Assembly (NCBI GenBank): GCA_964057225.1
Contig: OZ059894.1
Location: forward strand, 23,746,001 to 23,810,000
Direction: 5' to 3'
Origin: Auanema rhodensis
Taxonomy: Eukaryota > Animalia > Nematoda
Length of the DNA stretch: 64,000 nucleotides
Shown: piece by piece, positions 27,432 through 39,843 of the stretch
Position numbering within the stretch: position 1 is the first letter of the stretch
How the letters are laid out: every line of letters starts with the position of its first letter
Notes under the pieces: generated by a model
The model's database searches: none
What the model saw: the letters and a program-made list of their open reading frames with translations, nothing else
Told to the model about the DNA's origin: nothing
Translations under genes and position numbers: made by a program

Positions 27432-30400
27432 ACACGTGATGTGCACTTGGTATGTAACTCGCTTCACGTGAAAGATAAAGAGATGCGGTTTTCAAAATTA
27501 GAATCCCCATGTCCATATTAGTCTGAAAACAAATTTTTATTGATATTGGTGCATGGTAACCATGATTTTGAAATTTACGTGAACTTTAATTTATGCTAAT
27601 TAAATGTACACGTGATGTGCACTTGGTATGTAACTCGCTTCACGTGAAAGATAAAGAGATGCGGTTTTCAAAATTAGATTTCTCATGTCCATATTAGTCT
27701 AAAAACAAATTTTTATTGATATTGGTGCATGGTAACCATGACTTTGAAATTTACGTGAACTTTAATTTATGCTAATTAAATGTACACGTGATGTGCACTT
27801 GGTATGTAACTCGCTTCACGTGAAAGATAAAGAGATGCGGTTTTCAAAATTAGATTCCCCATGTCCATATTAGTCTAAAAACAAATTTTTATTGATATTG
27901 GTGCATGGTAACCATGACTTTGAAATTTACGTGAACTTTAATTTATGCTAATTAAATGTACACGTGATGTGCACTTGGTATGTAACTTGTTTCACGTGAA
28001 AGATAAAGAGATGCGGTTTTCAAAATTAGATTCCCCATGTCCATATTAGTCTAAAAACAAATTTTTATTGATATTGGTGCATGGTAACCATGACTTTGAA
28101 ATTTACGTGAACTTTAATTTATGCTAATTAAATGTACACGTGATGTGCACTTGGTATGTAACTCGCTTCACGTGAAAGATAAAGAGATGCGGTTTTCAAA
28201 ATTAGATTCCCCATGTCCATATTAGTCTAAAAACAAATTTTTATTGATATTGGTGCATGGTAACCATGACTTTGAAATTTACGTGAACTTTAATTTATGC
28301 TAATTAAATGTACACGTGATGTGCACTTGGTATGTAACTCGCTTCACGTGAAAGATAAAGAGATGCGGTTTTCAAAATTAGATTCCCCATGTCCATATTA
28401 GTCTAAAAACAAATTTTTATTGATATTGGTGCATGGTAACCATGACTTTGAAATTTACGTGAACTTTAATTTATGCTAATTAAATGTACACGTGATGTGC
28501 ACTTGGTATGTAACTCGCTTCACGTGAAAGATAAAGAGATGCGGTTTTCAAAATTAGATTCCCCATGTCCATATTAGTCTAAAAACAAATTTTTATTGAT
28601 ATTGGTGCATGGTAACCATGACTTTGAAATTTACGTGAACTTTAATTTATGCTAATTAAATGTACACGTGATGTGCACTTGGTATGTAACTCGCTTCACG
28701 TGAAAGATAAAGAGATGCGGTTTTCAAAATTAGATTCCCCATGTCCATATTAGTCTAAAAACAAATTTTTATTGATATTGGTGCATGGTAACCATGACTT
28801 TGAAATTTACGTGAACTTTAATTTATGCTAATTAAATGTACACGTGATGTGCACTTGGTATGTAACTCGCTTCACGTGAAAGATAAAGAGATGAGGTTTT
28901 CAAAATTAGATTCCCCATGTCCATATTAGTCTAAAAACAAATTTTTATTGATATTGGTGCATGGTAACCATGACTTTGAAATTTACGTGAACTTTAATTT
29001 ATGCTAATTAAATGTACACGTGATGTGCACTTGGTATGTAACTCGCTTCACGTGAAAGATAAAGAGATGCGGTTTTCAAAATTAGATTCCCCATGTCCAT
29101 ATTAGTCTAAAAACAAATTTTTATTGATATTGGTGCATGGTAACCATGACTTTGAAATTTACGTGAACTTTAATTTATGCTAATTAAATGTACACGTGAT
29201 GTGCACTTGGTATGTAACTCGCTTCACGTAAAAGATAAAGAGATGCGGTTTTCAAAATTAGATTCCCCATGTCCATATTAGTCTAAAAACAAATTTTTAT
29301 TGATATTAATTCATGGTAACCATGATTTTGAAATTTACGTGAACTTTAATTTATGCTAATTAAATGTACACGTGATGTGCACTTGGTATGTAACTCGCTT
29401 CACGTAAAAGATAAAGAGATGCGGTTTTCAAAATTAGATTCCCCATGTCCATATTAGTCTAAAAACAAATTTTTATTGATATTGGTTCATGGTAACCATG
29501 ACTTTGAAATTTACGTGAACTTTAATTTATGCTAATTAAATGTACACGTGATGTGCACTTGGTATGTAACTCGCTTCACGTGAAAGATAAAGAGATGCGG
29601 TTTTCAAAATTAGAATCCCCATGTCCATATTAGTCTAAAAACAAATTTTTATTGATATTAATTCATGGTAACCATGATTTTGAAATTTACGTGAACTTTA
29701 ATTTATGCTAATTAAATGTACACGTGATGTGCACTTGGTATGTAACTCGCTTCACGTGAAAGATAAAGAGATGCGGTTTTCAAAATTAGATTTCTCATGT
29801 CCATATTAGTCTAAAAACAAATTTTTATTGATATTGGTGCATGGTAACCATGACTTTGAAATTTACGTGAACTTTAATTTATGCTAATTAAATGTACACG
29901 TGCACTTGGTATGTAACTCGCTTCACGTGAAAGATAAAGAGATGCGGTTTTCAAAATTAGAATCCCCATGTCCATATTAGTCTAAAAACAAATTTTTATT
30001 GATATTGGTGCATGGTAACCATGACTTTGAAATTTACGTGAACTTTAATTTATGCTAATTGAATGTACACGTGATGTGCACTTGGTATGTAACTCGCTTC
30101 ACGTGAAAGATAAAGAGATGCGGTTTTCAAAATTAGATTCCCCATGTCCATATTAGTCTAAAAACAAATTTTTATTGATATTGGTGCATGGTAACCATGA
30201 CTTTGAAATTTACGTGAACTTTAATTTATGCTAATTAAATGTACACGTGATGTGCACTTGGTATGTAACTCGCTTCACGTGAAAGATAAAGAGATGCGGT
30301 TTTCAAAATTAGATTTCTCATGTCCATATTAGTCTAAAAACAAATTTTTATTGATATTGGTGCATGGTAACCATGACTTTGAAATTTACGTGAACTTTAA

Positions 30401-33400
30401 TTTATGCTAATTAAATGTACACGTGATGTGCACTTGGTATGTAACTCGCTTCACGTGAAAGATAAAGAGATGCGGTTTTCAAAATTAGATTCCCCATGTC
30501 CATATTAGTCTAAAAACAAATTTTTATTGATATTGGTGCATGGTAACCATGACTTTGAAATTTACGTGAACTTTAATTTATGCTAATTAAATGTACACGT
30601 GATGTGCACTTGGTATGTAACTCGCTTCACGTGAAAGATAAAGAGATGCGGTTTTCAAAATTAGATTCCCCATGTCCATATTAGTCGAAAAACAAATTTT
30701 TATTGATATTGGTTCATGGTAACCATGACTTTGAAATTTACGTGAACTTTAATTTATGCTAATTAAATGTGCACGTGATGTGCACTTGGTATGTAACTCG
30801 CTTCACGTGAAAGATAAAAAGATGCGGTTTTCAGAATTAGATTCCCCATGTCCATATTAGTCTAAAAACAAATTTTTATTGATATTGGTTCATGGTAACC
30901 ATGACTTTGAAATTTACGTGAACTTTAATTTATGCTAATTAAATGTACACGTGATGTGCACTTGGTATGTAACTCGCTTCACGTGAAAGATAAAGAGATG
31001 CGGTTTTCAAAATTAGAATCCCCATGTCCATATTAGTCTAAAAACAAATTTTTATTGATATTAATTCATGGTAACCATGATTTTGAAATTTACGTGAACT
31101 TTAATTTATGCTAATTAAATGTACACGTGATGTGCACTTGGTATGTAACTCGCTTCACGTGAAAGATAAAGAGATGCGGTTTTCAAAATTAGATTTCTCA
31201 TGTCCATATTAGTCTAAAAACAAATTTTTATTGATATTGGTGCATGGTAACCATGACTTTGAAATTTACGTGAACTTTAATTTATGCTAATTAAATGTAC
31301 ACGTGCACTTGGTATGTAACTCGCTTCACGTGAAAGATAAAGAGATGCGGTTTTCAAAATTAGAATCCCCATGTCCATATTAGTCTAAAAACAAATTTTT
31401 ATTGATATTGGTGCATGGTAACCATGACTTTGAAATTTACGTGAACTTTAATTTATGCTAATTAAATGTACACGTGATGTGCACTTGGTATGTAACTCGC
31501 TTCACGTGAAAGATAAAGAGATGCGGTTTTCAAAATTAGATTCCCCATGTCCATATTAGTCTAAAAACAAATTTTTATTGATATTGGTGCATGGTAACCA
31601 TGACTTTGAAATTTACGTGAACTTTAATTTATGCTAATTAAATGTACACGTGATGTGCACTTGGTATGTAACTCGCTTCACGTGAAAGATAAAGAGATGC
31701 GGTTTTCAAAATTAGATTTCTCATGTCCATATTAGTCTAAAAACAAATTTTTATTGATATTGGTGCATGGTAACCATGACTTTGAAATTTACGTGAACTT
31801 TAATTTATGCTAATTAAATGTACACGTGATGTGCACTTGGTATGTAACTCGCTTCACGTGAAAGATAAAGAGATGCGGTTTTCAAAATTAGATTCCCCAT
31901 GTCCATATTAGTCTAAAAACAAATTTTTATTGATATTGGTGCATGGTAACCATGACTTTGAAATTTACGTGAACTTTAATTTATGCTAATTAAATGTACA
32001 CGTGATGTGCACTTGGTATGTAACTCGCTTCACGTGAAAGATAAAGAGATGCGGTTTTCAAAATTAGATTCCCCATGTCCATATTAGTCGAAAAACAAAT
32101 TTTTATTGATATTGGTTCATGGTAACCATGACTTTGAAATTTACGTGAACTTTAATTTATGCTAATTAAATGTGCACGTGATGTGCACTTGGTATGTAAC
32201 TCGCTTCACGTGAAAGATAAAAAGATGCGGTTTTCAGAATTAGATTCCCCATGTCCATATTAGTCTAAAAACAAATTTTTATTGATATTGGTTCATGGTA
32301 ACCATGACTTTGAAATTTACGTGAACTTTAATTTATGCTAATTAAATGTACACGTGATGTGCACTTGGTATGTAACTCGCTTCACGTGAAAGATAAAGAG
32401 ATGCGGTTTTCAAAATTAGAATCCCCATGTCCATATTAGTCTAAAAACAAATTTTTATTGATATTAATTCATGGTAACCATGATTTTGAAATTTACGTGA
32501 ACTTTAATTTATGCTAATTAAATGTACACGTGATGTGCACTTGGTATGTAACTCGCTTCACGTGAAAGATAAAGAGATGCGGTTTTCAAAATTAGATTTC
32601 TCATGTCCATATTAGTCTAAAAACAAATTTTTATTGATATTGGTGCATGGTAACCATGACTTTGAAATTTACGTGAACTTTAATTTATGCTAATTAAATG
32701 TACACGTGCACTTGGTATGTAACTCGCTTCACGTGAAAGATAAAGAGATGCGGTTTTCAAAATTAGAATCCCCATGTCCATATTAGTCTAAAAACAAATT
32801 TTTATTGATATTGGTGCATGGTAACCATGACTTTGAAATTTACGTGAACTTTAATTTATGCTAATTAAATGTACACGTGATGTGCACTTGGTATGTAACT
32901 CGCTTCACGTGAAAGATAAAGAGATGCGGTTTTCAAAATTAGATTCCCCATGTCCATATTAGTCTAAAAACAAATTTTTATTGATATTGGTGCATGGTAA
33001 CCATGACTTTGAAATTTACGTGAACTTTAATTTATGCTAATTAAATGTACACGTGATGTGCACTTGGTATGTAACTCGCTTCACGTGAAAGATAAAGAGA
33101 TGCGGTTTTCAAAATTAGATTTCTCATGTCCATATTAGTCTAAAAACAAATTTTTATTGATATTGGTGCATGGTAACCATGACTTTGAAATTTACGTGAA
33201 CTTTAATTTATGCTAATTAAATGTACACGTGATGTGCACTTGGTCCGTAACTCGCTTCACGTGAAAGATAAAGAGATGCGGTTTTCAAAATTAGATTCCC
33301 CATGTCCATATTAGTCTAAAAACAAATTTTTATTGATATTGGTGCATGGTAACCATGACTTTGAAATTTACGTGAACTTTAATTTATGCTAATTAAATGT

Positions 33401-35331
33401 ACACGTGATGTGCACTTGGTATGTAACTCGCTTCACGTGAAAGATAAAGAGATGCGGTTTTCAAAATTAGATTCCCCATGTCCATATTAGTCGAAAAACA
33501 AATTTTTATTGATATTGGTTCATGGTAACCATGACTTTGAAATTTACGTGAACTTTAATTTATGCTAATTAAATGTGCACGTGATGTGCACTTGGTATGT
33601 AACTCGCTTCACGTGAAAGATAAAAAGATGCGGTTTTCAGAATTAGATTCCCCATGTCCATATTAGTCTAAAAACAAATTTTTATTGATATTGGTTCATG
33701 GTAACCATGACTTTGAAATTTACGTGAACTTTAATTTATGCTAATTAAATGTACACGTGATGTGCACTTGGTATGTAACTCGCTTCACGTGAAAGATAAA
33801 GAGATGCGGTTTTCAAAATTAGAATCCCCATGTCCATATTAGTCTAAAAACAAATTTTTATTGATATTAATTCATGGTAACCATGATTTTGAAATTTACG
33901 TGAACTTTAATTTATGCTAATTAAATGTACACGTGATGTGCACTTGGTATGTAACTCGCTTCACGTGAAAGATAAAGAGATGCGGTTTTCAAAATTAGAT
34001 TTCTCATGTCCATATTAGTCTAAAAACAAATTTTTATTGATATTGGTGCATGGTAACCATGACTTTGAAATTTACGTGAACTTTAATTTATGCTAATTAA
34101 ATGTACACGTGCACTTGGTATGTAACTCGCTTCACGTGAAAGATAAAGAGATGCGGTTTTCAAAATTAGATTCCCCATGTCCATATTAGTCTAAAAACAA
34201 ATTTTTATTGATATTGGTGCATGGTAACCATGACTTTGAAATTTACGTGAACTTTAATTTATGCTAATTAAATGTACACGTGATGTGCACTTGGTATGTA
34301 ACTCGCTTCACGTGAAAGATAAAGAGATGCGGTTTTCAAAATTAGATTCCCCATGTCCATATTAGTCTAAAAACAAATTTTTATTGATATTGGTGCATGG
34401 TAACCATGACTTTGAAATTTACGTGAACTTTAATTTATGCTAATTAAATGTACACGTGATGTGCACTTGGTATGTAACTCGCTTCACGTGAAAGATAAAG
34501 AGATGCGGTTTTCACAATTAGATTCCCCATGTCCATATTAGTCTAAAAACAAATTTTTATTGATATTGGTGCATGGTAACCATGACTTTGAAATTTACGT
34601 GAACTTTAATTTATGCTAATTAAATGTACACGTGATGTGCACTTGGTATGTAACTCGCTTCAAGTGAAAGATAAAGAGATGCGGTTTTCAAAATTAGATT
34701 CCCCATGTCCATATTAGTCTAAAAACAAATTTTTATTGATATTGGTGCATGGTAACCATGACTTTGAAATTTACGTGAACTTTAATTTATGCTAATTAAA
34801 TGTACACGTGATGTGCACTTGGTATGTAACTCGCTTCACGTGAAAGATAAAGAGATGCGGTTTTCAAAATTAGATTCCCCATGTCCATATTAGTCTAAAA
34901 ACAAATTTTTATTGATATTGGTGCATGGTAACCATGACTTTGAAATTTACGTGAACTTTAATTTATGCTAATTAAATGTACACGTGATGTGCACTTGGTA
35001 TGTAACTCGCTTCACGTGAAAGATAAAGAGATGCGGTTTTCAAAATTAGATTCCCCATGTCCATATTAGTCTAAAAACAAATTTTTATTGATATTGGTGC
35101 ATGGTAACCATGACTTTGAAATTTACGTGAACTTTAATTTATGCTAATTAAATGTACACGTGATGTGCACTTGGTATGTAACTCGCTTCACGTGAAAGAT
35201 AAAGAGATGAGGTTTTCAAAATTAGATTCCCCATGTCCATATTAGTCTAAAAACAAATTTTTATTGATATTGGTGCATGGTAACCATGACTTTGAAATTT
35301 ACGTGAACTTTAATTTATGCTAATTAAATGT
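27432..35331. repeat. Large intra-array duplication of block 7393-13708
   Basis: Shared rare variants in the same order: GTCTGAAAA (7486/27525), TAACTTG (7949/27988), 8-mer HOR, TTCACAATT (about 12892/34515), TTCAAGTG (13040/34663), then a GATGAGG monomer (13533/35156). Confidence 0.85.
29896..34104. repeat. 8-monomer higher-order repeat (1403 bp), 3 copies
   Basis: Deletion monomers start at 29896, 31299, 32702 and 34105 (spacing 1403), with the same internal order as 9676-12481. Confidence 0.94.
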
Positions 35332-38300
35332 ACACGTGATGTGCACTTGGTATGTAACTCGCTTCACGTGAAAGATAAAGAGATGCGGTTTTCAAAATTA
35401 GATTCCCCATGTCCATATTAGTCTAAAAACAAATTTTTATTGATATTGGTGCATGGTAACCATGACTTTGAAATTTACGTGAACTTTAATTTATGCTAAT
35501 TAAATGTACACGTGATGTGCACTTGGTATGTAACTCGCTTCACGTGAAAGATAAAGAGATGCGGTTTTCAAAATTAGATTCCCCATGTCCATATTAGTCT
35601 AAAAACAAATTTTTATTGATATTGGTGCATGGTAACCATGACTTTGAAATTTACGTGAACTTTAATTTATGCTAATTAAATGTACACGTGATGTGCACTT
35701 GGTATGTAACTCGCTTCACGTGAAAGATAAAGAGATGAGGTTTTCAAAATTAGATTCCCCATGTCCATATTAGTCTAAAAACAAATTTTTATTGATATTG
35801 GTGCATGGTAACCATGACTTTGAAATTTACGTGAACTTTAATTTATGCTAATTAAATGTACACGTGATGTGCACTTGGTATGTAACTCGCTTCACGTGAA
35901 AGATAAAGAGATGCGGTTTTCAAAATTAGATTCCCCATGTCCATATTAGTCTAAAAACAAATTTTTATTGATATTGGTGCATGGTAACCATGACTTTGAA
36001 ATTTACGTGAACTTTAATTTATGCTAATTAAATGTACACGTGATGTGCACTTGGTATGTAACTCGCTTCACGTGAAAGATAAAGAGATGCGGTTTTCACA
36101 ATTAGATTCCCCATGTCCATATTAGTCTAAAAACAAATTTTTATTGATATTGGTGCATGGTAACCATGACTTTGAAATTTACGTGAACTTTAATTTATGC
36201 TAATTAAATGTACACGTGATGTGCACTTGGTATGTAACTCGCTTCACGTGAAAGATAAAGAGATGCGGTTTTCAAAATTAGATTCCCCATGTCCATATTA
36301 GTCTAAAAACAAATTTTTATTGATATTGGTGCATGGTAACCATGACTTTGAAATTTACGTGAACTTTAATTTATGCTAATTAAATGTACACGTGATGTGC
36401 ACTTGGTATGTAACTCGCTTCACGTGAAAGATAAAGAGATGCGGTTTTCAAAATTAGATTCCCCATGTCCATATTAGTCTAAAAACAAATTTTTATTGAT
36501 ATTGGTGCATGGTAACCATGACTTTGAAATTTACGTGAACTTTAATTTATGCTAATTAAATGTACACGTGATGTGCACTTGGTATGTAACTCGCTTCACG
36601 TGAAAGATAAAAAGATGCGGTTTTCAGAATTAGATTCCCCATGTCCATATTAGTCTAAAAATAAATTTTTATTGATATTGGTTCATGGTAACCATGACTT
36701 TGAAATTTACGTGAACTTTAATTTATGCTAATTAAATGTACACGTGATGTGCACTTGGTATGTAACTCGCTTCACGTGAAAGATAAAGAGATGCGGTTTT
36801 CAAAATTAGAATCCCCATGTCCATATTAGTCTAAAAACAAATTTTTATTGATATTAATTCATGGTAACCATGATTTTGAAATTTACGTGAACTTTAATTT
36901 ATGCTAATTAAATGTACACGTGATGTGCACTTGGTATGTAACTCGCTTCACGTGAAAGATAAAGAGATGCGGTTTTCAAAATTAGATTCCCCATGTCCAT
37001 ATTAGTCTAAAAACAAATTTTTATTGATATTGGTGCATGGTAACCATGACTTTGAAATTTACGTGAACTTTAATTTATGCTAATTAAATGTACACGTGAT
37101 GTGCACTTGGTATGTAACTCGCTTCACGTGAAAGATAAAGAGATGCGGTTTTCAAAATTAGATTCCCCATGTCCATATTAGTCTAAAAACAAATTTTTAT
37201 TGATATTAATTCATGATAACCATGACTTTGAAATTTACGTGAACTTTAATTTATGCTAATTAAATGTACACGTGATGTGCACTTGGTATGTAACTCGCTT
37301 CACGTGAAAGATAAAGAGATGAGGTTTTCAAAATTAGATTCCCCATGTCCATATTAGTCTAAAAACAAATTTTTATTGATATTGGTTCATGGTAACCATG
37401 ACTTTGAAATTTACGTGAACTTTAATTTATGCTAATTAAATGTACACGTGATGTGCACTTGGTATGTAACTCGCTTCACGTGAAAGATAAAGAGATGCGG
37501 TTTTCAAAATTAGATTCCCCATGTCCATATTAGTCTAAAAACAAATTTTTATTGATATTGGTGCATGGTAACCATGACTTTGAAATTTACGTGAACTTTA
37601 ATTTATGCTAATTAAATGTACACGTGATGTGCACTTGGTATGTAACTCGCTTCACGTGAAAGATAAAGAGATGCGGTTTTCAAAATTAGATTCCCCATGT
37701 CCATATTAGTCGAAAAACAAATTTTTATTGATATTGGTGCATGGTAACCATGACTTTGAAATTTACGTGAACTTTAATTTATGCTAATTAAATGTGCACG
37801 TGATGTGCACTTGGTATGTAACTCGCTTCACGTGAAAGATAAAGAGATGCGGTTTTCAAAATTAGATTTCTCATGTCCATATTAGTCTAAAAACAAATTT
37901 TTATTGATATTGGTGCATGGTAACCATGACTTTGAAATTTACGTGAACTTTAATTTATGCTAATTAAATGTACACGTGATGTGCACTTGGTATGTAACTC
38001 GCTTCACGTGAAAGATAAAGAGATGCGGTTTTCAAAATTAGATTCCCCATGTCCATATTAGTCTAAAAACAAATTTTTATTGATATTGGTGCATGGTAAC
38101 CATGACTTTGAAATTTACGTGAACTTTAATTTATGCTAATTAAATGTACACGTGATGTGCACTTGGTATGTAACTCGCTTCACGTAAAAGATAAAGAGAT
38201 GCGGTTTTCAAAATTAGATTCCCCATGTCCATATTAGTCTAAAAACAAATTTTTATTGATATTGGTGCATGGTAACCATGACTTTGAAATTTACGTGAAC

Positions 38301-39555
38301 TTTAATTTATGCTAATTAAATGTACACGTGATGTGCACTTGGTATGTAACTCGCTTCACGTGAAAGATAAAGAGATGCGGTTTTCAAAATTAGATTCCCC
38401 ATGTCCATATTAGTCGAAAAACAAATTTTTATTGATATTGGTTCATGGTAACCATGACTTTGAAATTTACGTGAACTTTAATTTATGCTAATTAAATGTG
38501 CACGTGATGTGCACTTGGTATGTAACTCGCTTCACGTGAAAGATAAAAAGATGCGGTTTTCAGAATTAGATTCCCCATGTCCATATTAGTCTAAAAACAA
38601 ATTTTTATTGATATTGGTTCATGGTAACCATGACTTTGAAATTTACGTGAACTTTAATTTATGCTAATTAAATGTACACGTGATGTGCACTTGGTATGTA
38701 ACTCGCTTCACGTGAAAGATAAAGAGATGCGGTTTTCAAAATTAGATTCCCCATGTCCATATTAGTCTAAAAACAAATTTTTATTGATATTGGTTCATGG
38801 TAACCATGACTTTGAAATTTACGTGAACTTTAATTTATGCTAATTAAATGTGCACGTGATGTGCACTTGGTATGTAACTCGCTTCACGTGAAAGATAAAG
38901 AGATGCGGTTTTCAAAATTAGATTTCTCATGTCCATATTAGTCTAAAAACAAATTTTTATTGATATTGGTGCATGGTAACCATGACTTTGAAATTTACGT
39001 GAACTTTAATTTATGCTAATTAAATGTACACGTGATGTGCACTTGGTATGTAACTCGTTTCACGTGAAAGATAAAGAGATGCGGTTTTCAAAATTAGATT
39101 CCCCATGTCCATATTAGTCGAAAAACAAATTTTTATTGATATTGGTTCATGGTAACCATGACTTTGAAATTTACGTGAACTTTAATTTATGCTAATTAAA
39201 TGTGCACGTGATGTGCACTTGGTATGTAACTCGCTTCACGTGAAAGATAAAAAGATGCGGTTTTCAGAATTAGATTCCCCATGTCCATATTAGTCTAAAA
39301 ACAAATTTTTATTGATATTGGTTCATGGTAACCATGACTTTGAAATTTACGTGAACTTTAATTTATGCTAATTAAATGTACACGTGATGTGCACTTGGTA
39401 TGTAACTCGCTTCACGTGAAAGATAAAGAGATGCGGTTTTCAAAATTAGAATCCCCATGTCCATATTAGTCTAAAAACAAATTTTTATTGATATTAATTC
39501 ATGGTAACCATGATTTTGAAATTTACGTGAACTTTAATTTATGCTAATTAAATGT

Positions 39556-39843
39556 ACACGTGATGTGCACTTGGTATGTAACTCGCTTCACGTGAAAGAT
39601 AAAGAGATGCGGTTTTCAAAATTAGATTCCCCATGTCCATATTAGTCGAAAAACAAATTTTTATTGATATTGGTTCATGGTAACCATGACTTTGAAAAAA
39701 AATTTGAAAAATGATGTGCACTTGGTATGTAACTCGCTTCACGTGAAAGATAAAGAGATGCGGTTTTCAAAATTAGATTTCTCATGTCCATATTAGTCTG
39801 ACTTTGAAATTTACGTGAACTTTAATTTATGCTAATTAAATGT
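39556..39843. other. Rearranged dimer (288 bp instead of 352): 39-bp deletion with 14-bp filler, plus a second 39-bp deletion
   Basis: 39691-39720 reads TTTGAAAAAAAATTTGAAAAATGATGTGCA. At 39799/39800, TAGTCT is joined directly to GACTTTG. Flanking monomer starts at 39556 and 39844 confirm a net loss of 64 bp. Confidence 0.93.

Noticed and set aside
39695-39711. Retroelement poly(A) tail or transposon insertion
   Set aside because: Only 14 novel nt, accompanied by a deletion and explainable from flanking sequence; no element body or terminal repeats.
39548-39742. 64-aa minus-strand ORF
   Set aside because: It has a non-ATG start and exists only because the 39.7-kb deletion/filler removes stops. 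It is translated satellite with no recognisable domain.
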